Below, one piece after another: positions 51,072 to 60,765 of a stretch of DNA of 64,000 nt. Position 1 is the first letter of the stretch; each line of letters begins with the position of its first letter. The notes under the pieces are model-generated. The model was not told where the DNA came from. It saw only the letters and a list, made by a program, of their open reading frames with translations, and ran no database searches. The translations under genes were made by a program, and so were the position numbers. The stretch spans positions 1,472,001 through 1,536,000 of the forward strand of contig OY782781.1 in assembly GCA_963678315.1 (NCBI GenBank), in the 5' to 3' direction. The stretch comes from Candidatus Cloacimonadales bacterium (GTDB lineage: Bacteria > Cloacimonadota > Cloacimonadia > Cloacimonadales > JAFGVF01).

Positions 51072-53981
51072 TTACCACCTAGCCTTCTTTTTACTGCCAG
51101 ATTCACTTTTATCATTGATAAGTGTGTCTGTAGCTCTACCTACTACATCATCTGGATCTAGTGAAACTACTGCACTCATCTCTTTATTTTTCAATTCTCT
51201 AGTTAGGTTATCAACCCTTTCTATTAGCTTCTCCATCAGCCCAGAACCACCAGATACCGAGCCACCAGTAGCGTAAGCAAATCGTGGTACTGAAGGAACA
51301 GGACTAATTGAAATACTAGGAACATTAAATCCTTGTAAACGCTCTTTAATAGCTGATAATGGAGCATTGTTGATAAAGTCAAAGAAGCCAACCCCAAGCT
51401 CTCTTACACGTTGTTTTCTAGTGATATACTCATCACCTTCTAACTCTAAGACAACTCCACCATTTGCATGAGAAGGTCCTGCTAACAGGCCTGCATGGCC
51501 ACCAGTTTCAGCTTTTTGGTATTTAGTCTTTTCAATTCTTTTTACATTTATAAGTCCTGAAGCAATAGCAGCAGCTGCGGCTGCAGCTGCTAAAACAGGA
51601 GAGATACCTGCTAAAGATTTATAAGCAGCGTTAGCTGAAGCGAAAGTGTCAACAGTAGCTTGTGCCATTGCAAGAGCTTTCCATGTCTTAAAACCACTTT
51701 TACCAAATGAATTAGCTACAGTTGCTAGGTTGCCAAAGAAGTTTCTAGTATTCTTTATCCCTTTTTGAAATTCAGCTTCTTGCTTTTGAGTTTTCTGTTT
51801 GCTTATAACTTCAGTAACTCTCGCAATAGCCTGAGCTTTGGTTCTTTCTATCTCTTCTTCAGTCATTCCATTGGCTATTAAGCTCTCGTGCTTGCGTTCA
51901 AAGTACCTGTTTATAGCTCTAAGTTGTGAATTAAGCTGTGCCTGTAATGGATCTTCTTTTGCTAACTGCATTTGTTTAAACTCGAAAAAATCTTCTTCTT
52001 GCTGTCTCAATTTAGCATTCTTACTTCTAGTTTCTCTAGCTATTTCATGATTATGATTTCTAACTGCATCAATCTCTTTCTGTCTGTATGTCTCTCTAAT
52101 ATTGGAAAGAGTCTCTTCTGAAGCATTTAAATTCATTGCTTCTTGCAATTTGGCATCTCTTTCTATCTCAAGAGATTTCTTAATACGTTCCAACTCATTA
52201 TCTATCTTTGCTAAACTAAACTCGTTTTCTAAGGCTGTTAAAGAGACTATTCTCTGCTTTTCTTTAGCTTCATTCGCTATCCTTTCTTGTTCTTTTCTAG
52301 CTTCTTCAATTTGATTTCTTGCCTTTTCTCTTTCTGAAATATCATTTTCTAGTTGAAGTATCTGAGAATATAGCTCTTTCTTTCTCTCAAGCTTCTCCTC
52401 ATCTAATTCAGCAATAGCATCATACTCTTTTTTAGCTTCACTTAGTTTATGCTTGGCAAGCTCTATATCATTCATCAAAGCTAATTGGTCTTCGTTCTTC
52501 TTCCATTCATTAAAGATTTCTTCTGCTTCTTGCTTATTCTTATTATGCTCTGATATTTGCTTTTCTATTTCTTGATTTTGTTTTTCTAAAGCCTTTCTTT
52601 TAGCAATCAAATCAGAGATCTCTCTATTTTTCGCTGGTATATAAATATCTTGAGTTGAATCGTATTTCATTCTCCTCTTTTCATCTTGAGCTTTATTGAT
52701 AAGCTTTTCTAATCTCAATATCTCTTCTAGGTTCTTTTGCTTATCTGCTTCTAGGGTGTTTTTGTTAAATTCTTTAACTTCTTTATTATAGTCTTTTAAC
52801 TGCTCAGTACCCTCTGTTAACTTAGCATTCAATTCTTCTTGAGCATCTCCTAAATCTTCAGAAGATAAAGCCCAAGTACCAACACCAACTGCAGCAGCTA
52901 ATGCTAATGCTCCCCAGTTACCTGACAAAGCAGCTCCTATTGCTAGAGCTGTATTTAATGCTATCTGCTTAATCTTGATAGCAACTAAAGCAACTCCTAA
53001 AGCCATCAATCCTGCTACCATGGCTTTAGTTAACTCTGGATGTTTATTCATTAACTCAATAGCATTGCCTAACACAGAAACAAAAGGTCTCAATGCTGTT
53101 TTTAGCACATCTCCAAACTTCTCCTGGATATCACCTAATTGTGCTGATAGCTTTTCATAAGTTCCTACTCCTGATTTAGCTTGCTCTTTGGTCATCTCAA
53201 AACCATCGGCCATAGCTTTTTGTAATATTGCCATCTTCTCTGCTTCTGTTTCAGCAGTCCTAAGTGCAGGAATATATCTCTGTAATTGTGTATAATTACC
53301 CTCATAAGCTAACGCTATCCCCTTCAAAGCAGTCTCTTGGGATAATCCTACCTTCTCATACATTTTAGCTAAACCAATTGATCCTTGTAGAGATTCTTGC
53401 ATTTTCTCAGATGCTACTCCCATGTTAGTTGCAAGAGTAATAAGCATCATTGATTGTTCATCACCAACATTAGTAAGCTCTTGAGTTTTAACAGCAACTT
53501 GAATCAAATTTTGATAATATTCTTTAGAATATAAATTCTTTTGTTTTAAACTATTAATAAGATCTTGTTCTGCTATTTCCTGCTGATTACTAGCTGTAAC
53601 TAGACCACCTATTTTGTTAGCAACCATTGAATATACTTGAATCATCCCACTAAGAGCTAAACCAACCTGTGCAAGCTGACCTAATAATTGCTCTGAATTG
53701 AAATTAATAAAGAAATTCTTTTTGTCAGGAATCTCATCAACGCTCTCTTTAGCTTCTTCAGCTCCAGATACTGCTTCACTTGCATCTGCTGAAATAGTCG
53801 TCTCTACATCAGAAATGCCCTCCATTTCTCCTTCAAGATCAGCTATTTGAGATTCAGCATTACTGCTATCTATATCAATGTGGAAAGGTTTATTCAAAGC
53901 CTTTAAAATAGCATTGAGTTTAGATTCTAATATAACTAATGGCTTAGTATCTATAACTAACTTAAAATTCAAATCTGCCAT
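51072..53981 (-). CDS. Tail tape measure protein
   Basis: 969 aa, Ala/Gly-rich hydrophobic segments and long coiled coil, C-terminal GPSHANGG..EGDE and FAYATGGSV motifs; follows chaperone. Confidence 0.88.
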   Translation of the reverse strand: MADLNFKLVIDTKPLVILESKLNAILKALNKPFHIDIDSSNAESQIADLEGEMEGISDVETTISADASEAVSGAEEAKESVDEIPDKKNFFINFNSEQLLGQLAQVGLALSGMIQVYSMVANKIGGLVTASNQQEIAEQDLINSLKQKNLYSKEYYQNLIQVAVKTQELTNVGDEQSMMLITLATNMGVASEKMQESLQGSIGLAKMYEKVGLSQETALKGIALAYEGNYTQLQRYIPALRTAETEAEKMAILQKAMADGFEMTKEQAKSGVGTYEKLSAQLGDIQEKFGDVLKTALRPFVSVLGNAIELMNKHPELTKAMVAGLMALGVALVAIKIKQIALNTALAIGAALSGNWGALALAAAVGVGTWALSSEDLGDAQEELNAKLTEGTEQLKDYNKEVKEFNKNTLEADKQKNLEEILRLEKLINKAQDEKRRMKYDSTQDIYIPAKNREISDLIAKRKALEKQNQEIEKQISEHNKNKQEAEEIFNEWKKNEDQLALMNDIELAKHKLSEAKKEYDAIAELDEEKLERKKELYSQILQLENDISEREKARNQIEEARKEQERIANEAKEKQRIVSLTALENEFSLAKIDNELERIKKSLEIERDAKLQEAMNLNASEETLSNIRETYRQKEIDAVRNHNHEIARETRSKNAKLRQQEEDFFEFKQMQLAKEDPLQAQLNSQLRAINRYFERKHESLIANGMTEEEIERTKAQAIARVTEVISKQKTQKQEAEFQKGIKNTRNFFGNLATVANSFGKSGFKTWKALAMAQATVDTFASANAAYKSLAGISPVLAAAAAAAAIASGLINVKRIEKTKYQKAETGGHAGLLAGPSHANGGVVLELEGDEYITRKQRVRELGVGFFDFINNAPLSAIKERLQGFNVPSISISPVPSVPRFAYATGGSVSGGSGLMEKLIERVDNLTRELKNKEMSAVVSLDPDDVVGRATDTLINDKSESGSKKKARW

Positions 53982-53999
53982 ATCTTCTTCCTCTTTCTC

Positions 54000-54427
54000 T
54001 TAACTGCTGTCTCTATCTTCACAGTACTTTGATAACAAGTATACTGCCTCATCAAGTTCAATATCTTCATCCCACAAACCTGTTTGCTTTAGTGAATAAA
54101 TGTAGTCTAAGAAGACGCTATCGTTTGCATACTCGCCTTTAGCATGTCCACTACTGATTTTGGCAAGAACTCTACTATATCTGTAAAAAAAGAAGAGATA
54201 ATCTCCTTTACTTCTGATAAGGGCATAGTCTCAAAATCAACTGAATCATTTCTTGTAATAGCTTGTAAAAACTCTATTAATTTGTTGTTATCAAGTAGTT
54301 CATTTAATAAACTTGATACTTTGATATCTTTATCAATAGAACCATCAATAACTAACCTTCCTAAACCAACTTCACTTAAAATTCTCTTAGTCTCTTTCAA
54401 TGTTTTTATGTTTGTATATACCTTCAT
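54000..54427 (-). CDS. Tail assembly chaperone G-T (-1 frameshift product)
   Basis: Slippery T TTT TTT at 54191-54185; -1 frame open to TAA at 54002-54000. Confidence 0.75.
54107..54427 (-). CDS. Tail assembly chaperone G
   Basis: 106 aa upstream of tape measure, ISSFF at slippery site, GGAGG RBS. Confidence 0.75.
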   Translation of the reverse strand: MKVYTNIKTLKETKRILSEVGLGRLVIDGSIDKDIKVSSLLNELLDNNKLIEFLQAITRNDSVDFETMPLSEVKEIISSFFTDIVEFLPKSVVDMLKASMQTIASS

Positions 54428-54471
54428 TATTCCTCCAATCTTCCAGGTCAGCAGGCCTAAGCCTGCATCCC

Positions 54472-55257
54472 TTAGTAATTTTTGATTATAATCTCAGTCT
54501 TAGCTTTTACTTCTCCTGATAGAGAGTATTTTGTTTCAACTTCTGAAATCTCATAATCCTTATATAAGTCTCGTATATATGGATGATCATTATATGATAA
54601 GAGCCACTTTCCTTTCACCTGTCCAAGTACTTCTCTTAGTTCATCATGAAGATTAAACTCCTTTATATCATCTCTGATATAAACATCTTCCTTCTCATAA
54701 TAAGGAGGATCTAGATAGAAGAAGCTAAAGTCTCTATCATACTTTGTTATCACTTTCTCGAAACTTAAGTTATCAATAACAACATCTTGCAATCTCTCAG
54801 AAGCTTTCATCACCTTATCATAGTTAAACAAAGGAATCTTCTTCTTGCCACCTCTAACAGCAAAATGACTTGAAAGACTACCAAAAGAACATGCTAACTT
54901 GTAGTAGAAAAACACTGCCCTTTCTAGTTCTGTTCTAGGTCTCATTACTAAAAGATCTTTAAATATCTCTCTAGATGCTACATATTGATCTAATTCTTTA
55001 TGAAATGCGTCTGGATGAAACTTAATGTGTCTCCAGAAGTTAATCAAATCACCATTAATGTCATTAAAGACTTCTTTGTAATTTGGTTTCGAACTAATTC
55101 TCCAATCATGGGCATTACCACCCTTTGCAAATAAAATCCAACCTGCTCCACCAAATGGCTCACAGTAAATGTTGTGCTTAGGTATCAATGGAATAATCTG
55201 TTTCCTTAACAGTCTTTTTCCACCAACCCAACCAATTATACTACTTTGAAATGTCTT
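54472..55257 (-). CDS. Dam/D12-class DNA adenine methyltransferase; canonical start codon missing
   Basis: IGWVGGKRLL (upstream of the TTG used by the ORF track), EPFGGAG, FNDINGDL, LDPPY, LSYND. Confidence 0.88.
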   Translation of the reverse strand, partial: KTFQSSIIGWVGGKRLLRKQIIPLIPKHNIYCEPFGGAGWILFAKGGNAHDWRISSKPNYKEVFNDINGDLINFWRHIKFHPDAFHKELDQYVASREIFKDLLVMRPRTELERAVFFYYKLACSFGSLSSHFAVRGGKKKIPLFNYDKVMKASERLQDVVIDNLSFEKVITKYDRDFSFFYLDPPYYEKEDVYIRDDIKEFNLHDELREVLGQVKGKWLLSYNDHPYIRDLYKDYEISEVETKYSLSGEVKAKTEIIIKNY

Positions 55258-55269
55258 CTTTACCTCTTA

Positions 55270-55623
55270 TTATTTATTATACAACCAGGTTCTTACTCCT
55301 GGTTTTATATCTACATGAATAAAATCTTCACCTATCCCGAACCGTTCAAACCCAGCCATTACAAGAGCTATCAAGATTCTTCCTCTAGTCTCTTTATTTA
55401 CTGCTATATCTGCAGCCTTACCAAGCAAGTGCTGAGAATGACTTCCTCCACCTACTGTTTTATTATGAGCTTTACACCTACAGCCAGATGTTACTCTGAA
55501 TGGCACTTTTGCCATACTCCTAGCTCTATCTAACTTATACAAAAGCTCCTGGTCTATATCATCAAATCCACATCCACACTTGCATGCAAATTCACTCTTT
55601 CTAAAATACTTTGCCTTATACAT
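55270..55623 (-). CDS. Peptidase M15A endolysin
   Basis: EFACKCGCG, SGCRC..HN..VGG..SQH..G.AADI, FIHVD. Confidence 0.9.
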   Translation of the reverse strand: MYKAKYFRKSEFACKCGCGFDDIDQELLYKLDRARSMAKVPFRVTSGCRCKAHNKTVGGGSHSQHLLGKAADIAVNKETRGRILIALVMAGFERFGIGEDFIHVDIKPGVRTWLYNK

Positions 55624-55738
55624 ATACCCTCTTTAATATAGGGGCAGACCTTACTTGCCTGCCCTTATTACTAATAGTTATAAATCTTTAATTTATCAGT
55701 GTTTATCTGTGATATCCGTGGCTTTATTCAATTATCCC

Positions 55739-56173
55739 TTAAAAAAGCTTCTTAGCCAAGCCACTAGCAAGTGCCTTTATCCCAGAAGTAGCAAGCCCAG
55801 TTCCTAAGTCTTTAAGCCATTTAGAACCATCTTTTTCTCCTGTCTTCTTAGCCTCTTTCGTGACTGTATTATATATAGATTGTACAGGATCATTAGTTGC
55901 TAGTTTCTTAGATAGTAATGCTAATTCTGCTTGAGAAGTGAACCTTCTAACATGCTTCTCTGCAATTTTCTTTGCATCTGCAGGATTAGTAGCTCTTGCT
56001 CCACCTGCTATAATACCTTCCAATATTGTGCTTATTGTAGGGTAAATTGAGTCAAATTTGATTACTTTCTTTCTTACTAAGTAAACAACAACTTGAATAA
56101 GAATTGTACCTAAAACTCCTAGTGTCATCATAAATTCAGGAATCTGAGTCCATTGTGTCCATAGTTCAGCCAT
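55739..56173 (-). CDS. Phage membrane protein, possible holin
   Basis: N-terminal hydrophobic helix; next to endolysin; GGAGG RBS. Confidence 0.5.
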   Translation of the reverse strand: MAELWTQWTQIPEFMMTLGVLGTILIQVVVYLVRKKVIKFDSIYPTISTILEGIIAGGARATNPADAKKIAEKHVRRFTSQAELALLSKKLATNDPVQSIYNTVTKEAKKTGEKDGSKWLKDLGTGLATSGIKALASGLAKKLF

Positions 56174-56314
56174 CTATCCTCCGATTTATTTGGTACGCAA
56201 AACCCTTTAGTCCGGCTGCTGCCGGAATCTTGGTTGCCTTTTATTGTGTTGCATTCATCTTGAATGCGAGTCTTCATACTGGGAACGCTGGCTGCTAGCC
56301 GGCTTAATTCTTAA

Positions 56315-56509
56315 TTACCCCAATATCAACTTTATAGTACCAGCCACAACTGCTGATGTCATTACTCCGGTTATCCAAGTAAGCATGGTAAGCTTAGTCT
56401 CTATTCTGCTAATTCGCTCTAAAAGACCAGCTCTACCGTTGCCATATAATATCTTCTTAATGTTGCTTACTTCACTTTCTAGTATTTGGTGGTGCTCGCA
56501 TCTTTCCAT
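56315..56509 (-). CDS. Small phage membrane protein (XhlA/holin-like)
   Basis: LYGNG..GL..R...IE followed by a C-terminal hydrophobic helix. Confidence 0.6.
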   Translation of the reverse strand: MERCEHHQILESEVSNIKKILYGNGRAGLLERISRIETKLTMLTWITGVMTSAVVAGTIKLILG

Positions 56510-56517
56510 CGTTCAAC

Positions 56518-57063
56518 CTATACTCCTGATTTCTCAGGAATACCTTTGATAATGAAGTATTTATCCCCACTAGGACCTGAGTATTCTGTGGAAATTGTAG
56601 CGTTATAGAGTCCATTAAACTCATTAGATCGCTCATAACTCCATCTCAAACCATTGAAAATAAGAACATTTGATTTATCAGCTGACCATAATACTATCGT
56701 TCTTGCAATATCATTGAGTTCTGTTTCCAGAAAGTCCTTACGTTCTTGAGTAAGACCGATCAAAGTCAGCTCAACTGTGTTAGTTCTCTTACCTTCAATG
56801 ATATAGTTTGATGTCTTAAGCTTTTCAACCTTAGATTCTTCCTTACCAGGCTTTTCACCTAAATCAGACAGTTCATCAAAATTTGAATTTAAAAAAGCTT
56901 CAAATTCAGTCTGTCCAAGAATAACTTCAGGAGGTACATCTGCTAATGATCCAAATGCTCCATCGCCTATCCAACAAGAACCATGTCTAAATGATGCAAG
57001 TTGCTCATTAAAGTCTATTACTGGTCTATCTAAATTTGGTTTATTAGGTACTGTTCCAGCCAT
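56518..57063 (-). CDS. Phage structural protein, probable major tail tube
   Basis: 181 aa, beta-rich, GGAGG RBS directly after capsid; no other tube candidate in window. Confidence 0.45.
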   Translation of the reverse strand: MAGTVPNKPNLDRPVIDFNEQLASFRHGSCWIGDGAFGSLADVPPEVILGQTEFEAFLNSNFDELSDLGEKPGKEESKVEKLKTSNYIIEGKRTNTVELTLIGLTQERKDFLETELNDIARTIVLWSADKSNVLIFNGLRWSYERSNEFNGLYNATISTEYSGPSGDKYFIIKGIPEKSGV

Positions 57064-57074
57064 AATCTACCTCC

Positions 57075-57986
57075 TTAGCTTGGGTCTGCTGTTGTTTTAT
57101 CAGAAATTTGATAAACCCAAGTATCTTCCAACTTAGCTCTACCAAAGGTTCTGTAAGGAACATATCTATCACTTGTTGCCAGGTCATTGGTACTTGATAG
57201 AGTTTCCATGAGTTGATTACCAAACATGAAGCAATATTCATGACCAAAGATAACAGGAGTAGAATCATTTTTAGCTGCTGTAGAATTAATAGCACCAGCC
57301 TTATCTACTTGAGGAATGTGATTTAAAAGAATCACATCAAAACCTAACAATCTACCAATGAAACCGTTAGGGATTGGCATCTTGCTTTGCTGTCCAATTT
57401 TATCAGCTGAAATAAACTGATCAATTTTATACAATTGACTTTCATGATCTGGACCGATAAAGCAGAATCTCTTGTCAGTAGGTGCTTTAGCTTTGTTGAG
57501 TTTAAGTCTAGCAGCAATGAAATCATCAATAGTGATTTTGTTAGCAGTAGTCGCATGACCAGCAAAGTCTAATTTCGCACCTGCAGGAATAGCTCCAATA
57601 AGAGCAGTTAAGATGTTGATATCTTCTTTTTCTAAGATATTGTTAGCACCATCAGCAGACTTCTCTTTCAAGGTCTTAACTGTTGTTTGAGCATCTAAAT
57701 CTCTTTGAACAAGAAATGGATTACCAACCTTTTGATCTACTGTTAAATCTTTAGAACCAGATGTAGAACCAGATGGAGCTTCAAACTCACCACCAACAGC
57801 CACTACTTGACCAGATTCAGTTGTAATATAAGGAACATGGATTGTCTTCAATCCTTTCTTTGCAAACTTAGAAACATCATATAGATAGCTCATTGCATAT
57901 CTAGTGTTTGTCTTCTTTCTCTTGATAGCATTAAGAGTCTCTGTAGTGACTAAATCACCATAAATAGTATTTGTAGCTTGTGCCAT
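57075..57986 (-). CDS. Major capsid protein (HK97 fold)
   Basis: Follows protease; G.KTI.VP, LNKAKAP...R, NG.IGRL.GFDV. Confidence 0.82.
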   Translation of the reverse strand: MAQATNTIYGDLVTTETLNAIKRKKTNTRYAMSYLYDVSKFAKKGLKTIHVPYITTESGQVVAVGGEFEAPSGSTSGSKDLTVDQKVGNPFLVQRDLDAQTTVKTLKEKSADGANNILEKEDINILTALIGAIPAGAKLDFAGHATTANKITIDDFIAARLKLNKAKAPTDKRFCFIGPDHESQLYKIDQFISADKIGQQSKMPIPNGFIGRLLGFDVILLNHIPQVDKAGAINSTAAKNDSTPVIFGHEYCFMFGNQLMETLSSTNDLATSDRYVPYRTFGRAKLEDTWVYQISDKTTADPS

Positions 57987-59047
57987 TATCTATTGTCCTC
58001 CATGTACTTGTTTTTGAGTCTTTCATACTCTTCAGGATTAGTCTTTAACAAGTTAGTAGCAGCTTCTGGATCTTCAATGAGCTTATCAAAAGTCATTTCT
58101 CCATTAGCTTCTGGATTACCTGAATTTGTGATATCAACTTCATTCAATAAAGCCTTGCTTTTTAATCCTTCATTTGCTTTAACAAACTCTTCAAAAAGAG
58201 TCTCTTCTTTAGCAATCAAAGTACTTGCAAAAGCCTTTTGAGAAGGTGCAATCTTACCTTCTGCAATTGCTTGAATAATCTTTGCTTCTCTTGCATCAGC
58301 AATTAGCTTCTCATTTTCTTTACGCAACACTTCATTCTCATCTGCAATCTTTGCAAATTTAGCATTAATAGCATCAATCTTAACAACTGCTTCAGTCTCT
58401 GATTTAACACCTAATGCCTTCAATATTTCTTCCATACTGCCCTCCATTGGATTTTGGTTGTTCTTTATAAAATTTAAATATTCTACGTTATCTTCAAATT
58501 GATTTACAAAATAGTTCTTAACAGGAACATTTGGAATAATGCTTGAGATAAACCCCTTATCTAAAGCATCTTGAGCAGAAAGCCAAGTCTCTTTATCCAT
58601 CAAGTCGCTTATCTCTTCTGCTGATAAATTACTATGACTAGCATAAATATTTACAAGTTGCTCTTTTATCTGATCTAACAAACCAGCAGTCTTCTTTAGT
58701 TCTTCAGAATCTCCTGTAATGCTAATTAATGGATTGTGAATCATATACATGCTGTTTTCTGACATCTCTACACTATCTCCAGCTAATGCTATAATTGATG
58801 CCATTGATGCTGCAATCCCTTCTATAATTGTTTTAACAGACCCAGAATGCCCTCTGAGTACATTGTATATTGCTAATCCATCAAAAACTTGCCCTCCTGG
58901 TGAGTTAAGATGCAAAATTATATCACCACTTATTGCTTTGATTTCCTTAGCAAAAGCCTTTGCTGTTGTTCCCCAAAAGCCTATCTCATCATAAATATAT
59001 ACATCAGTATGACTGGCTTGATTTACTATCTTATACCACTTTTTCAT
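57986..59047 (-). CDS. ClpP-like head maturation protease fused to Mu-like scaffold
   Basis: IYDEIG.WG, LNSPGG.VFDG.AIYN, AASMAS, MIHNP, ETWLSA; C-terminal AIAEGKIAPSQK..FEEFV. Confidence 0.9.
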   Translation of the reverse strand: MKKWYKIVNQASHTDVYIYDEIGFWGTTAKAFAKEIKAISGDIILHLNSPGGQVFDGLAIYNVLRGHSGSVKTIIEGIAASMASIIALAGDSVEMSENSMYMIHNPLISITGDSEELKKTAGLLDQIKEQLVNIYASHSNLSAEEISDLMDKETWLSAQDALDKGFISSIIPNVPVKNYFVNQFEDNVEYLNFIKNNQNPMEGSMEEILKALGVKSETEAVVKIDAINAKFAKIADENEVLRKENEKLIADAREAKIIQAIAEGKIAPSQKAFASTLIAKEETLFEEFVKANEGLKSKALLNEVDITNSGNPEANGEMTFDKLIEDPEAATNLLKTNPEEYERLKNKYMEDNR

Positions 59048-59131
59048 AAAAGGCCCTCCTTTAATTATCCATTCTCCATTCTAAATTAACTAGTGCCACT
59101 ATATCATACTTATAATATAAAATCTTAAATC

Positions 59132-59148
59132 GTACTGATTTTCAGTAC
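59132..59148. promoter_or_regulatory. Palindrome between divergent virion operons
   Basis: GTACTGA-ttt-TCAGTAC. Confidence 0.4.
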
Positions 59149-59327
59149 TTTTTTTAAGAAATTATCATTCTTATGTTATCATGACACTGACTGGGAACGC
59201 TCGGCTGCTAGCCGGCTCTTCAAAAACTGGGAACGCTCGGCTGCTAGCCGGCTCTTACTGGATTGCATTTATTCGAGAAAATGTGTTCAATCTTAGACAT
59301 AAAATAAAAAAATAAATAGGAGTCATA

Positions 59328-59735
59328 ATGCTAAACTTACTCTTCGAAAATCTTATAACGAAACTAAAAGATATGTCTGTAGAGACTAATGACACACCTC
59401 TCTTCAAACAGGTCGAACCCTACGAAGGTCAATTTGATAACATATCTGAATACCTTCTTCTCCCTCCATCTGCCTTTGTTGAACTGTCTGATGGTGGACC
59501 AAATCAAGAAGGACGTCAAAATACTCTCACATCATCAGTTGCAATCTATGTCACTACTGATCACATCAAAGGAAATAAACCTACTGCTATGTTTAATATC
59601 ATAGACCAACTTCGCAAACAGCTTAATAAACAATGTCTAGGCAATGGATTCTTAAAGTTTGATGGTTATCAAAGACTTGCTATCTTCCCAGGCTTTATTA
59701 CCTATCAGGTTAATTTTCAACATGAAGAAATGTAA
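59328..59735 (+). CDS. Mu gp37-like tail terminator/neck protein
   Basis: FKQVEPYEGQF...PPSAFV pattern; next to gp36-like gene. Confidence 0.55.
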   Translation: MLNLLFENLITKLKDMSVETNDTPLFKQVEPYEGQFDNISEYLLLPPSAFVELSDGGPNQEGRQNTLTSSVAIYVTTDHIKGNKPTAMFNIIDQLRKQLNKQCLGNGFLKFDGYQRLAIFPGFITYQVNFQHEEM

Positions 59736-59810
59736 CATTTACTGGGAACGCTCGGCTGCTAGCCGGCTTCTTCATCCGTGGCTAAATAAAATTAAAAAAA
59801 GGAGCAAATT

Positions 59811-60191
59811 ATGTACGGAAATATTGACCAACTAAAATCCTCTTTCGGCTCTAAACAAGACCTCCTCCTTCAAGGAGTTACAGACCAAGAATTAACTGAG
59901 ATACTACAATCTCAATCAGATTATATCGATGGTTTCCTCCAGGTAAGGTACAATCTACCTTTAGAGAATTCTAACCCGATTATAAACAAGATTTGCATTG
60001 ATTTAAGCAAGGCAGAAACTTATAGAATGTACGCTTCTAATGACCTTCCTGATGCAATCAAATCACAAGAGAAACAAGCACTAAAAGATCTTCTCAGCAT
60101 TCAAAAAGGAAATTTACTTATTCTTCCTGAACAAGCAGATGAAGATGATATTGTTTCAAGACCAACATATTTTAAAGAGTGGTTACAATGA
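59811..60191 (+). CDS. Mu gp36-like (DUF1320) head-tail connector
   Basis: MY...L, IDGFL..RY.LPL, IC.D.., A.K.L..I.KG. Confidence 0.85.
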   Translation: MYGNIDQLKSSFGSKQDLLLQGVTDQELTEILQSQSDYIDGFLQVRYNLPLENSNPIINKICIDLSKAETYRMYASNDLPDAIKSQEKQALKDLLSIQKGNLLILPEQADEDDIVSRPTYFKEWLQ

Positions 60192-60676
60192 CAAAAGATA
60201 AGCTAATGAAGTCAATAGGAATATTGATTTCTAATAAGATAAAACAACGCATCAGGTCTGGTAAAGTACAGCCACAAACTAACAAGACCAATGGCAAGAA
60301 AACGCTCAATGAATCTGGCAGATTGTGGAGATCAATAACATATAAAATAAAAGGAAATACTATTATTGTAGGTACTAATGTTAAGTATGCAAAGATACAC
60401 CATTTTGGTGGCACTATCTTCCCTAAAAAAGCTAAGTATCTAGCAATCCCTTTAACTCCTGCAGCTAAAGTAAAGTCTCCGAGAGACTGGGAAAACACTT
60501 TTATAAAAAAAGGGATTATATTCAGAAATCTGGATAATGGCAATGTTGAAGCTCTGTATGCTTTAAAGAAGTCTGTTAAAATCCCTGCTAGACCTTACAT
60601 GTTCATTGATAACAAAGATAAAACTCTAATTCAAAATCAAATCATCAAATTCTATGAATCTAAAATTAAACAGTAG
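60188..60676 (+). CDS. Phage virion morphogenesis protein (Mu gpG-like)
   Basis: L..SGRL..SI, VGTNVKYA.IH.FGG, IPARPY; ATGA overlap at 60188. Confidence 0.88.
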   Translation: MTKDKLMKSIGILISNKIKQRIRSGKVQPQTNKTNGKKTLNESGRLWRSITYKIKGNTIIVGTNVKYAKIHHFGGTIFPKKAKYLAIPLTPAAKVKSPRDWENTFIKKGIIFRNLDNGNVEALYALKKSVKIPARPYMFIDNKDKTLIQNQIIKFYESKIKQ

Positions 60677-60765
60677 CTTGGGAGTGTAACCATCCCTGGT
60701 TACGCTATTATTCTCTTCTTATCTGTGTTATCCGTGGCAAAAAAAATAAACAAAGGAAGGCATTC

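Noticed and set aside
59190..59256. Tandem 31-bp repeats as a mini CRISPR array
   Set aside because: Only 5 nt between copies, other copies are dispersed singly, and no cas genes
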